From a virus (Duplodnaviria; Heunggongvirae; Uroviricota; Caudoviricetes), in the IMG/VR virus record IMGVR_UViG_2541047898_000007: a DNA stretch of 41,901 bases. The stretch is one strand, 5' to 3'. Below the pieces are notes generated by a model that was given only the letters and a program-made list of their open reading frames with translations, did not search any database and was not told the DNA's origin. Positions 8,886-17,444 of the stretch are shown here, in pieces (within the stretch, counting starts at the first letter, position 1; each line of letters begins with the position of its first letter). The position numbers and the translations under genes are program-made.

Positions 8886-9812
8886 ATGGCAAATACTGCT
8901 GAAGTAATCAATTTCCCTATCAAAACCGAGCAAACAGGAGGTCCTATGGCCGACCTGTCCAACGGGTACACCCGGATCGCCAACGAGATTCAGAAGCTCA
9001 AACCACGCCTGCGCATGTCGGGGCGTGAATGGCAATGCCTGGAGGCGGTTATCTGGTTGACCTACGGATGGAACAAAAAACAGGACCGGGTTACTAATAC
9101 CGTCATCGCAGGGCTAACAGGCCTGGCTGATACGCATGTATCAGACGCGATCAGTTCTCTGGCTGAACGTGGAATTATTTTCAGTCACAAGCAGGGCGTG
9201 ATGAAAATTGTCGGTATAAATACTGACCTGAATGCCTGGATTTTGGACAAACCGAAAACGGGAAAACTCTTCCCGAAATCGGGAAAATCCTTCCCGAAAA
9301 CGGGAAAAACCTTCCCGGAAACAGTAGCCACCCAAGACTATAACAATAACAATATTAAAAGATCATCGTCAGAGAATTCTGGCGAATCCTCAGACGACCG
9401 GCTGAACAAGTTTTTATCAGCTCACCCTGAAGCGGTTATTTACACCCCCAACTTCACCAAGTGGGGAACAGTTGCTGACCAGCAATGCGCCGAGTGGATC
9501 CTCACTCTGCTCGAAAAAGTTAAACCCTTCCCGAAAAAACCCGTCATGGCCGCCTGGGCGAATGACGTGCGCCTGATGCGCGAGCTGGATGGCCGGAGCC
9601 ATCGTGAAATCTGCGAGCTTTTCCAGTGGGCCAGCAAGGACGCCTTCTGGCACGCCAATATCCTCTCGCCTGCAAAGCTCCGTGCTAAGTGGGACACGCT
9701 CTCACTTCAGCGCGACGCTGCCGCCCGTCGCACCACAACCGGCGGCGTCCCGGGCATCGACTTCAACAACACAGACTGGATCAACGAGGTGTTCGATGGA
9801 AAGACTATCTGA
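8886..9812 (+). CDS. Replication initiator, lambda O-like, with origin iterons inside the gene
   Basis: 308 aa; follows cII; contains the iteron array and an AT-rich stretch within the coding sequence as in lambda O; repeated peptide KLFPKSGKSFPKTGKTFPE encoded by the iterons. Confidence 0.7.
   Translation: MANTAEVINFPIKTEQTGGPMADLSNGYTRIANEIQKLKPRLRMSGREWQCLEAVIWLTYGWNKKQDRVTNTVIAGLTGLADTHVSDAISSLAERGIIFSHKQGVMKIVGINTDLNAWILDKPKTGKLFPKSGKSFPKTGKTFPETVATQDYNNNNIKRSSSENSGESSDDRLNKFLSAHPEAVIYTPNFTKWGTVADQQCAEWILTLLEKVKPFPKKPVMAAWANDVRLMRELDGRSHREICELFQWASKDAFWHANILSPAKLRAKWDTLSLQRDAAARRTTTGGVPGIDFNNTDWINEVFDGKTI
9251..9324. repeat. Origin of replication iterons (about 3.5 copies of a ~20 bp dyad unit TCCCGAAAACGGGAAAA) followed by an AT-rich segment (about 9335-9370)
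   Basis: accgaaaacgggaaaa / tcccgaaatcgggaaaa / tcccgaaaacgggaaaaa / cttcccggaaac read directly; similar in form to lambda ori iterons (TCCCTCAAAACGAGGGA). Confidence 0.65.
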
Positions 9813-10485
9813 GCAGCTGGCGAACTGTGACCGCGAGAGTTTCCGCCGCATCGCCCATGGCATGCCTGAGGCTCCGGCAGAGTGCCCGGGTGTCGAGCAG
9901 ACGGCGGAGATTTTCAACGGTCTGTTCAGTGCTCTGCGTGCCGCGTTCCCGGCGGCAATGGCCGTTTTCCGTGAGCAGAGCGAGTTCAACGAGCTGCGCC
10001 GCCAGTGGCTGATGGCGTTTCAGGAGAACGGGATCACCACCATGGCCCAGGTCGCCGCCGGCATGCGTGTCGCTCGCCGCCAGGAGAAGCCGTTCCTGCC
10101 GTCTCCGGGCCAGTTCGTCGCCTGGTGCAAGGAGGAGCGCTGCCTGCTGGGGATCACCGTTGACGACGTGATGACTGAGTACTGGAAGTGGCGCCGCCTG
10201 GTGTTCCGTTTCCCGACCAGTGAGCAATACCCCTGGCCAGCGCCGGTGCTTTACCACATCTGCACCGAGCTGCGCCGCCAGAGTACCGATCGGCAGATGA
10301 CCGAAAACGAGATGCGCCAGGCCGCCGGAAAGGTCCTGGCCGGATGGGAAGAGCGCGTCGCCGCGGGTAAGCCCGTACCGCCAATCCGTCGCGCCATCGC
10401 CGCGCCGGCTAAAGCCAGCGGCCCCACACCAGCAGAGATGCTGATGGCCGAATACAAAAAACGCAAAGCAGCTGGTCTGATTTAA
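9796..10485 (+). CDS. Replication protein P-like (helicase loader)
   Basis: Starts at the in-frame ATG 9796 within track ORF 9589-10485 (upstream part overlaps O in another frame); segment ENGITTMAQVAAGMRVARRQEKPFLPSPGQFVAWCKEE matches my recollection of lambda P; follows O. Confidence 0.6.
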   Translation: MERLSEQLANCDRESFRRIAHGMPEAPAECPGVEQTAEIFNGLFSALRAAFPAAMAVFREQSEFNELRRQWLMAFQENGITTMAQVAAGMRVARRQEKPFLPSPGQFVAWCKEERCLLGITVDDVMTEYWKWRRLVFRFPTSEQYPWPAPVLYHICTELRRQSTDRQMTENEMRQAAGKVLAGWEERVAAGKPVPPIRRAIAAPAKASGPTPAEMLMAEYKKRKAAGLI

Positions 10486-10496
10486 CAGGAGAACAC

Positions 10497-11222
10497 ATGG
10501 AAACCGTCATTCAAGCACTGGAAAAAATGGGCCGGGCGACATACCGCGAAGTGGCAGCCCGTCTGGATATCGAACCTGTGGAAGCACTGAACATGCTGCG
10601 CGAACAGCGCGAGCAGGGCATGTGTGATTTCTCCGACGGCGGCTGGTTTGTTGGCAGGCTGAAGGACCAGAAGAACACCCCTGCACCAGCTCCGGCTGTC
10701 GCCGCTAAAGCGCCATTGCGCGGCGAAGAGCCGAAGGAGATCAGCGTAGAGGGGATCACCCGCCTGCTGGCGCAACGCGGTGCCATGGATACTGTGGGCA
10801 TCGCCAGGGAATTTGGGCGTAACGCTCGCGGCATCACCGCATGGATGGGTTCACTGGCCCGCCAGGGCGTCGTGGTGAAGAACGGGCAGGGCAGGGGAGT
10901 AACCTGGTCATTGCCGGCACCCGCAGCACCAGCAGCAGGACCAGCACCAGCAGCAGAGGCAGTCAGCGTAGAGCATGAACTGACGAAGGCCGGCCCGGAG
11001 AAAGATATCGCGCAGATTGTCAGCGAAATCCCCGCGTTCACTGAAGGGTGCGCCGCCAGCATGTCCATTCCGGCGGCCCGGATGATCTCCCGCGAAATTC
11101 GTCGCACCAAAAACAGGCTGGCGCAGCTGACGAAACTGCAGGGCGCCGTGCGCACTTTTGCCCGTCATAAAAATCTCGTGCAACAGCTGGTGAACCAGGA
11201 GGCAACCAGTGAGCGAGATTAA
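10497..11222 (+). CDS. Hypothetical phage protein with Ala/Pro-rich linkers
   Basis: 241 aa; good RBS (caggag) upstream; PAPAPAVAA and PAPAAPAAGPAPAA low-complexity linkers; typical position after P in lambdoid prophages. Confidence 0.5.
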   Translation: METVIQALEKMGRATYREVAARLDIEPVEALNMLREQREQGMCDFSDGGWFVGRLKDQKNTPAPAPAVAAKAPLRGEEPKEISVEGITRLLAQRGAMDTVGIAREFGRNARGITAWMGSLARQGVVVKNGQGRGVTWSLPAPAAPAAGPAPAAEAVSVEHELTKAGPEKDIAQIVSEIPAFTEGCAASMSIPAARMISREIRRTKNRLAQLTKLQGAVRTFARHKNLVQQLVNQEATSERD

Positions 11223-11661
11223 CTATCAGGCTCTGCGACTGGCGGCAGAAAATGCAACACCAGGCGAATGGTGTGCTGATGACTACCATGGAGTAATTGC
11301 CGATGCCGGACTGAACGCCAATTACTACATAGCATCATGCTCAGGACCAGATAATCGCGCCAATAAACGATTCATAGCCGCCGCCAATCCTGCCACCGTC
11401 TTGGCGCTGCTGGATGAGCTGGAGAAGATGCAGGCGCAATCGTCCAAATGGTGCGAAGCCTTCCATAAAGCCGTTTCCGTTGGCGCTCGGTATGAGGAGC
11501 GGATTGCTGAACTGGAAGCACGGGAAATATCGCTCCCAGAACGTAGAAGCATGCTTCATCGAACAGATTTTCACGAGGATTACCAAACGGTAATGGCATA
11601 CAAAGTTTCTGAAGTCATCGCTGCAATCCGCGCCGCTGGCATTCGCATCAAAGGAGAGTGA
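11209..11661 (+). CDS. Ead/Ea22-like protein
   Basis: 150 aa; N-terminus MSEINYQALRLAAENATPGEW resembles the Ead/Ea22 family signature. Confidence 0.5.
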   Translation: MSEINYQALRLAAENATPGEWCADDYHGVIADAGLNANYYIASCSGPDNRANKRFIAAANPATVLALLDELEKMQAQSSKWCEAFHKAVSVGARYEERIAELEAREISLPERRSMLHRTDFHEDYQTVMAYKVSEVIAAIRAAGIRIKGE

Positions 11662-11662
11662 G

Positions 11663-11854
11663 ATGAACGGACAGATATCAATTGTTCGACCAGGAGCATG
11701 TGACGATCGCGAAATACGAATGATTATTCGTCTGGCGATGGGGAAAACAATAACAGCTCTCATTACTCCAGAAAATCTCGCATTAGCATTAACAGGAAAG
11801 TCAGACCTGCCAGTAGAGCTAAAGCTGCGAAATATTGAGATTAAAGTGAAATAG
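11663..11854 (+). CDS. Hypothetical small protein
   Basis: 63 aa ORF tightly packed between neighbours. Confidence 0.3.
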   Translation: MNGQISIVRPGACDDREIRMIIRLAMGKTITALITPENLALALTGKSDLPVELKLRNIEIKVK

Positions 11855-11856
11855 TT

Positions 11857-12525
11857 ATGAATACTCTTACCAAAGAATGGTTACAGAACACGATTACCAG
11901 CATTGAGTCAGCACGGGATGAAATACCGTTCGGACTCGATGAAGATCAAAACGACATGCTTACCGCATTAAAAATTGCACTGGCATCACTGGCAGCAGTA
12001 TCGGATGAACGAGCAGCCTATGAATTATTTATGGAGAAGCGTTTCGGGGAATCTGTAGATCGCCGTAGGGCAAAAAATGGCGATAGAGAATACATGGCAT
12101 GGGATATGGCGCTTGGCTGGATTATCTGGTGTCACCGCGCCGCCATGCTTCAGGCCGAACCTGTAAGTAATAGTGATGAGTTACCGCTGGACTATCTGCA
12201 AGGACACAAAGACGGCCTGGAGTGGGCTGCACAATTGGCAGAAGCCAATCATCCGCAAACAGGTGACTGGTTGTACGACGACCAAATCGATCTTGCCAGG
12301 GCGATTCGCAAAGGTCCGGATATGCCTACTGTTCAGGGTGGCAACTCTCCGGTGATTCCAGATGGTTGGGTGATGGTGCCGGTTGAGCCTACGATAGCCA
12401 TTCTAGACGAATTCGATTCGATTATTGATTACGGCGCTGAGGATTCTAAGGATGCGTGGAGTCGTCTTCTGGCAGCCGCTTGGATTAAATCGCTGCCAGC
12501 AGCGCCGCGGCAGGAGGTGAAGTGA
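11857..12525 (+). CDS. Hypothetical protein
   Basis: 222 aa; AT-richer than flanking replication genes; no recognisable motif. Confidence 0.4.
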   Translation: MNTLTKEWLQNTITSIESARDEIPFGLDEDQNDMLTALKIALASLAAVSDERAAYELFMEKRFGESVDRRRAKNGDREYMAWDMALGWIIWCHRAAMLQAEPVSNSDELPLDYLQGHKDGLEWAAQLAEANHPQTGDWLYDDQIDLARAIRKGPDMPTVQGGNSPVIPDGWVMVPVEPTIAILDEFDSIIDYGAEDSKDAWSRLLAAAWIKSLPAAPRQEVK

Positions 12526-12809
12526 TGGGCGCTTTCGCGAAATATACGATTATTGACTGGATTGTCTTCTTTCAGGTGGTGCTCATCTGGTTTTTTATGG
12601 CTTACAAGGCAGGGCAATGGATTTTCGGCATAGCACTTCGCAAAGGCTGGCGGTGGTTGAATCGTAAGGATGAGAAGTCGCTGGCTTTGGATTCCTTTTA
12701 CGATGCGTTTCGCCTTGGGGATATCCAGCCAGGGGAAGCTATTGTGATCACCACTGAAAGCGGTATGACTATTCGAATCCACAAGCCAAAAGGGGCGGAT
12801 AATGGCTAA
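12522..12809 (+). CDS. Small membrane protein (one or two predicted TM segments)
   Basis: 95 aa; hydrophobic stretch IIDWIVFFQVVLIWFFMAYKAGQWIFGIAL; 4 bp overlap with upstream gene. Confidence 0.4.
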   Translation: MMGAFAKYTIIDWIVFFQVVLIWFFMAYKAGQWIFGIALRKGWRWLNRKDEKSLALDSFYDAFRLGDIQPGEAIVITTESGMTIRIHKPKGADNG

Positions 12810-13140
12810 GACCGCAGCAGAACGCAAAGCTGCCCAGCGCGCCCGGCAAGCCGCTGCTGGTGGGCGTAAATTTGAGCTCATACTTGATACGCAGGAAATG
12901 GATATGCTGGAGCGCAATTGTGCATCACGCCGTCCGGGGCGAGCGCCGTATGAAATGAGCGAGTACATCGCGTTACTGATCCGTCAGGATGATGCCCGAG
13001 TTCGTGGTCGCATTAAGTCAATCAGTGCGAACCGCTGCGGTAAATGCGGTGATGTGCCGCCAGTTAAGTCGTGTCCATGCGCCGGTGATTCGCAATGCTG
13101 GGTTACGCGTGGCTGGCATGATGTGAAGTTAGTCGTGTGA
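12802..13140 (+). CDS. Hypothetical protein with basic N-terminus and Cys-rich C-terminus
   Basis: 112 aa; N-terminal AERKAAQRARQAA; C-terminal CGKCGDVPPVKSCPCAGDSQCW. Confidence 0.4.
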   Translation: MAKTAAERKAAQRARQAAAGGRKFELILDTQEMDMLERNCASRRPGRAPYEMSEYIALLIRQDDARVRGRIKSISANRCGKCGDVPPVKSCPCAGDSQCWVTRGWHDVKLVV

Positions 13141-13167
13141 CATGTCACAATATAATCAATAACATAC

Positions 13168-13190
13168 AAGCCTCTTCGGAGGCTTTTTTT
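13168..13190 (+). terminator. Rho-independent terminator
   Basis: aagcctcttcggaggctt hairpin followed by seven T. Confidence 0.6.
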
Positions 13191-13281
13191 GTCGGCGTTA
13201 AATTGCTTTTGCCTGTATGCCAAGCCATAATATCCCTGTCAGCCTGAGAAACTGACGACCATCTGCGCCAAGAAGAACATC

Positions 13282-13878
13282 ATGGCGCACTTACAACTAA
13301 TAAAGCAATCTTCAGGAATTCTGATCCCGGCCACGCCGGAGACCAGCGAATTACTGCAATCAAAAATTAAGCTCGGTGCCGTGCTGGAGGCCGACTTTAA
13401 ACAGGTACGCAATCCTGCGTTTCACCGCCGCTTTTTCGCTCTGCTGAATCTTGGTTTTGAATACTGGGAACCAACTGGCGGCGCTATCTCCTCCAATGAA
13501 CGCAAGCTGGTTACCGGCTATGCTAAATTCCTGGCTTCCTATGGTGGTAACGAAGGCGCACTGCTGGATGCGGCTGAGCAATACCTTGACCGCATTGCCG
13601 ATAAGCGTACTGGTAGCATCTGCGCCTGTAAGTCATTCGATGCATATCGTGCATGGGTCACTATTGAGTCCGGCCATTACGACGCCATTCAGCTGCCTGA
13701 CGGCACCCTCCGCAAACATCCCCGCAGTATCTCATTCGCAAATATGGATGAAACTGAGTTCCAGCAGCTGTACAAAGCCGCGCTCGATGTTCTGTGGCGA
13801 TGGATACTCTCCCGATCATTTCGCAGTTGTGAAGAGGCAGAAAACGCCGCCGCCCAGCTGATGAGCTTTGCGGGGTGA
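13282..13878 (+). CDS. DUF1367-like nin-region protein
   Basis: 198 aa; family assignment from memory of lambdoid nin-region proteins; synteny upstream of YbcO-like and rusA. Confidence 0.45.
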   Translation: MAHLQLIKQSSGILIPATPETSELLQSKIKLGAVLEADFKQVRNPAFHRRFFALLNLGFEYWEPTGGAISSNERKLVTGYAKFLASYGGNEGALLDAAEQYLDRIADKRTGSICACKSFDAYRAWVTIESGHYDAIQLPDGTLRKHPRSISFANMDETEFQQLYKAALDVLWRWILSRSFRSCEEAENAAAQLMSFAG

Positions 13879-14084
13879 TGGCGATGAAATTTTCCTGGTT
13901 CCACCATCACGAATGCACCACCGAACAGGCCGACGAGCTGGTGGAGAAATACCGGGCGCGCGGTGTAAAGACAGAGCGCAGCCTGAATCGCGACAACATC
14001 ACCTGGACCGTCAGCGCGCAATTGCCGGAAGGCGATAACGCGCCTCGCCCGAGCCGGGTATGGCAAAGCAAGGCGTGGGGGTGA
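13875..14084 (+). CDS. Hypothetical small protein
   Basis: 69 aa; 4 bp overlap with upstream stop. Confidence 0.3.
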   Translation: MMAMKFSWFHHHECTTEQADELVEKYRARGVKTERSLNRDNITWTVSAQLPEGDNAPRPSRVWQSKAWG

Positions 14085-14086
14085 GC

Positions 14087-14377
14087 ATGGCAAATTTACG
14101 CAAAGAGGCTCGTGGTCGTGATTGTCAGGTTCGAATTCCCGGCGTCTGCAACGGTAACCCGGAAACGTCTGTACTGGCGCACATTCGCCTGGCCGGGTTA
14201 TGTGGCACCGGAATCAAACCGCCTGATCTGATTGCCACCATTGCATGCTCTGCCTGTCACGACGAGATCGACCGCCGTACACATTTTGTCGATGCTGAGT
14301 ATGCTAAAGAATGCGCGCTGGAAGGTATGGCGAGAACGCAGGTTATCTGGCTGAAAGAGGGGGTAATCAAGGCGTGA
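14087..14377 (+). CDS. YbcO-like putative nuclease (DUF1364)
   Basis: Starts at the in-frame ATG 14087 within track ORF 14060-14377; [23 protein letters not shown]...[12 protein letters not shown] closely resembles E. coli DLP12 YbcO as I recall it; lies directly upstream of rusA. Confidence 0.6.
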   Translation: MANLRKEARGRDCQVRIPGVCNGNPETSVLAHIRLAGLCGTGIKPPDLIATIACSACHDEIDRRTHFVDAEYAKECALEGMARTQVIWLKEGVIKA

Positions 14378-14736
14378 ATACTTACAACATCACATTGCCC
14401 TGGCCGCCGAGCAATAACCGCTACTACCGCCATAATCGCGGGCGCACGCACATCAGCGCAGAAGGGCAGGCATACCGCGATAACGTCGCCCGAATCATTA
14501 AAAACGCAATGCTGGATATCGGTCTGGCTATGCCTGTGAAAATCCGCATTGAGTGCCACATGCCGGATCGCCGTCGCCGTGACCTGGATAATCTGCAAAA
14601 GGCCGCTTTTGACGCACTCACCAAAGCAGGTTTCTGGCTGGACGATGCTCAGGTCGTTGATTATCGCGTTGTGAAGATGCCCGTTACCAAAGGTGGAAAG
14701 CTGGAACTGACAATCACCGGGCTGGAGGCCGTATGA
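14374..14736 (+). CDS. rusA: Holliday junction resolvase RusA
   Basis: Starts at GTG 14374 within track ORF 14311-14736; [25 protein letters not shown]...[34 protein letters not shown] is near-identical to E. coli RusA. Confidence 0.85.
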   Translation: MNTYNITLPWPPSNNRYYRHNRGRTHISAEGQAYRDNVARIIKNAMLDIGLAMPVKIRIECHMPDRRRRDLDNLQKAAFDALTKAGFWLDDAQVVDYRVVKMPVTKGGKLELTITGLEAV

Positions 14737-14873
14737 CATTTGAATCCTGTTTTTCCGATCACCTCCGCGTTCGCTGGCAGCGGCTTCGCTTATACCACTT
14801 TCCCGGCTCTGTGCTAACGGACTACCGGATACTGAAGAATTACGTGAAAACTTATGCTGGAGAAGCGCTATGA
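14733..14873 (+). CDS. YlcG-like small protein (46 aa), absent from the ORF track
   Basis: Manual translation [46 protein letters not shown]; ATGA overlap with the rusA stop and with the Q start. Confidence 0.45.
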   Translation: MTFESCFSDHLRVRWQRLRLYHFPGSVLTDYRILKNYVKTYAGEAL

Positions 14874-15652
14874 ACCTTGAAAACACAGTGAAATACCACT
14901 TCGCTAAATCCACACTGATTAGCGATTCTCCGCGCGCTACCGCCTCCGATTCACTGACCGGTACCGACATAATGGCTGCCATGGGCATGACGCAGGAACG
15001 CGCCGCAATGGGTTACAGCGCCTTCCTCGGCAAGATGGGCATAAGCAATAACGACCGGGATCGGGCGATCGGTCTGCTGGCTGAGTACGCGATGACAAAA
15101 TGCGACAAGGTTGCCGCACTGCGTAAGCTCGGTGCCGCGGTTAAACCTCAGGTGATGCACCAGTTGGCCACCTTCGCTTTTGAGGACTATTCCCGCAGCG
15201 CTGCCAGCGTGAAGCAGTGCGATTGTTGTGACGGTCAGGGCTTCATTGAGGCTGACGTGTTTACCAATAAATTCCGTAAGCCAGAAGGGAAAATGACCGT
15301 GTCCGGGATGGTGAAGGTCAAAGAATCCATCAAAGTGCTATGCAAAAAGTGTAATGGCTCTGGTGTGGTTAGTGCTTCTTGCAGTGATTGCCATGGGCGC
15401 GGCAAGGCAGTGAACCAGGCTCTTACTGAGAAACAGGGCGTTCCTGTTCTGGCTGACTGTAAGCGCTGCGGAGGGCGTGGGTATGAACGACTTCCGTCGA
15501 CTGAAGCCTATGCTGCTGTATGCCAGATTACTGACGCCATTAGCCTGGACACCTGGAAAAAGTCTGTTAAGCCATTCTACGACCTGCTGATCACGAAATT
15601 TGATATCGAAGAGTCCTGGGCCGAAAAACAGCTTAAGCAGATAACGCGGTAA
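14870..15652 (+). CDS. Late-gene antitermination protein Q-like
   Basis: 260 aa; paired CxxC motifs (CKKCNGSG...CSDCHGRG...CKRCGGRG); position after rusA and before the lysis cassette. Confidence 0.55.
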   Translation: MNLENTVKYHFAKSTLISDSPRATASDSLTGTDIMAAMGMTQERAAMGYSAFLGKMGISNNDRDRAIGLLAEYAMTKCDKVAALRKLGAAVKPQVMHQLATFAFEDYSRSAASVKQCDCCDGQGFIEADVFTNKFRKPEGKMTVSGMVKVKESIKVLCKKCNGSGVVSASCSDCHGRGKAVNQALTEKQGVPVLADCKRCGGRGYERLPSTEAYAAVCQITDAISLDTWKKSVKPFYDLLITKFDIEESWAEKQLKQITR

Positions 15653-15855
15653 CGCCTATAGCGATAGCCTATGATTTTGTCTTGGGCTATTTACTTTTCC
15701 CGAATCTGTGTTAATTTTGTCCCAACGATGGGTTAATGCCTTCGTTTCAAGCCCTGCGGATAACACCGTGGGGTTTTTGCGTTTCTGGAGACAGCAATAC
15801 CAAGGTTCGAGACATTCAGGTAAAATTGATGCATTACAGGATGTGAGGTTGGGGA

Positions 15856-16425
15856 ATGAATAATCTACCCGATGATTACTTTTTGGATGCGGACGACGAA
15901 CTCGTTGCTTTTCTGGAGAAGCAGGGCGAGGATTGTATACGCGAAATTCACCAGTCCAACGCACTAAACAAAGAAAATGGCCAGAAGTTATTGAGTATAC
16001 TCATTGCTGGCGTGGGCTCGTCATTTTTGTTATTAACGCAACGTACAGGTTTTGATTACCTCACCGCTGGAATGTCTGTTTTTTTAGTCTACTGGGCAAT
16101 GTGTGCGGCTTATCTTGTTCGCTGCGTCCTCGTTGTAAGGTCACGAGCTCTCGTGTCATCGACACCCTATGCGCTTTACCATGATGGCTATAAAGGGTTT
16201 ACTGAAGATGATTACACTGGTTTTGAGTCGAAAGGATTTTCAGGAAAGCGTTCAACATTGAACGTCTTGCGGCGCTACCGGCTTGCGGATTTAACCAGAA
16301 TGGCTGAAATGAGTAAAAAAGAGAATGCCAGAATAGGCCGAGAACTAGAAAGGGTAAGGATCGCTACAATCCTCACCCCTGTTTGTGCACTTGTAATCTC
16401 AGTACTTACTTACCTTTTTTTCTGA
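15856..16425 (+). CDS. Membrane protein of unknown function (moron between Q and lysis genes)
   Basis: 189 aa; acidic N-terminus, predicted TM helices (LLSILIAGVGSSFLLL, MSVFLVYWAMCAAYLV, ILTPVCALVISVLTYLFF); AT-richer than neighbours; preceded by about 200 bp non-coding. Confidence 0.5.
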   Translation: MNNLPDDYFLDADDELVAFLEKQGEDCIREIHQSNALNKENGQKLLSILIAGVGSSFLLLTQRTGFDYLTAGMSVFLVYWAMCAAYLVRCVLVVRSRALVSSTPYALYHDGYKGFTEDDYTGFESKGFSGKRSTLNVLRRYRLADLTRMAEMSKKENARIGRELERVRIATILTPVCALVISVLTYLFF

Positions 16426-16645
16426 TGTTTTCAGCAGAATCGGCAACAAAGGTATAACCTGTCCTCAGATTTCTTTCGGCTGGCTGTGGAGCCGGTTTAG
16501 GCTGTGGTGCGGGTTGAGGCTTATTTTCTCCAGATGGTTTGTTTGATTCACTCATATAATTCTCCATGTTTGATAGGGTTATTTTTGGCGATTTAACGAT
16601 ATCAAATACAGTGATTTGCTGCTAGAGCATGCACTTATCTATAAC

Positions 16646-16676
16646 TCGCCCCGGCACCCGCTGGGGCTTTTTTATT
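16646..16676 (+). terminator. Rho-independent terminator upstream of the lysis cassette (possibly tR'-like)
   Basis: cgccccggcacccgctggggc hairpin followed by tttttt. Confidence 0.5.
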
Positions 16677-16789
16677 TCCGGCTCACGGTAATCATCCGCT
16701 ACGTGCTTTGTTGATAAATCCAACCCGTGAAGCCTGAGCCTATTTCCCCTCATACCTGAGAGGACTCACAGCAATTAAGAGGGGGCTAA

Positions 16790-17176
16790 ATGTCCGATCC
16801 AATTTCCGGTACTGGGCTGGCTGGTGGTGCCCTGACGGGTGCCAGTGTTTATGGACTGCTGACCGGAACTGATTACGGCGTTGTATTTGGCGCATTTGCA
16901 GGGGCTGTATTCTACATAGCAACAGCAGCGGATCTGAGCGCATCGCGCCGACTGGCATATTTTATCGTGTCGTATATTGCCGGGATCCTTTGCTCTGGGT
17001 TGGTTGGCTCCAAGCTGGCAAGCTTGACCGGATACAGTGATAAACCTCTGGATGCCATTGGTGCCGTAATCGTATCTGCTTTAGCCGTTAAGATCCTGAC
17101 GTTCCTGAATAATCAGGATATCGGGTCGCTGGTGGCGCTCATAACGCGCCGGGGAGGTTCAGGTGGAGCTAAATGA
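16790..17176 (+). CDS. Putative holin
   Basis: 128 aa; Gly/Ala-rich hydrophobic segments and charged C-terminus; first gene of the lysis cassette, RBS agaggggg upstream. Confidence 0.5.
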   Translation: MSDPISGTGLAGGALTGASVYGLLTGTDYGVVFGAFAGAVFYIATAADLSASRRLAYFIVSYIAGILCSGLVGSKLASLTGYSDKPLDAIGAVIVSALAVKILTFLNNQDIGSLVALITRRGGSGGAK

Positions 17177-17444
17177 CCCGACAGCAACTATAAACGCGCT
17201 GTTATGTGCTTGTGTTGTTATTACTCTGATGTTTTATCGTCGTGGTGATTCGCGGCATCGTCCTTGGGTTTCACGTTTAGCCTGGCTGATTACTGTTACA
17301 TACAGTGCTGTTCCGTTGGCCTATCTCTGTGGGATTTATCCCCATTCCTCATGGCCCATTATCGTGGCGAATACTATTTTTCTTTCCGTGCTGGTGGCCG
17401 TCAGAGGCAACGTTGCACGCCTGGTTGATCATCTGAGGCACTAA
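17163..17444 (+). CDS. Second holin-like / antiholin-like membrane protein
   Basis: 93 aa; predicted TM segments; overlaps neighbours at both ends. Confidence 0.4.
   Translation: MELNDPTATINALLCACVVITLMFYRRGDSRHRPWVSRLAWLITVTYSAVPLAYLCGIYPHSSWPIIVANTIFLSVLVAVRGNVARLVDHLRH

Noticed and set aside
9251-9324. Possible CRISPR-like or other tandem repeat array
   Set aside because: Repeats are about 20 bp, contiguous without spacers and lie inside a replication initiator gene; interpreted as ori iterons
9589-9795. N-terminal 69 codons of track ORF 9589-10485 overlapping the O-like gene
   Set aside because: The P-like protein most plausibly starts at the in-frame ATG 9796 (MERLSEQL...); the upstream portion is an out-of-frame read-through of the O coding sequence
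10511-11155. 214 aa minus-strand ORF opposite the 241 aa post-P gene
   Set aside because: Antisense to a + strand ORF that fits operon orientation and has an RBS; Ala/Ser/Arg-rich low-complexity translation
14257-14988. 243 aa minus-strand ORF spanning the YbcO-like, rusA and Q start region
   Set aside because: Overlaps three + strand genes, one of which (RusA) is near-identical to a known protein; cannot be coding without breaking them
15653-16789. Shiga toxin or other classical virulence cargo in the post-Q slot
   Set aside because: The only ORFs here are a 189 aa membrane protein and a short Pro-rich antisense ORF; nothing with AB5 toxin size or organisation, and no tRNA genes were recognised
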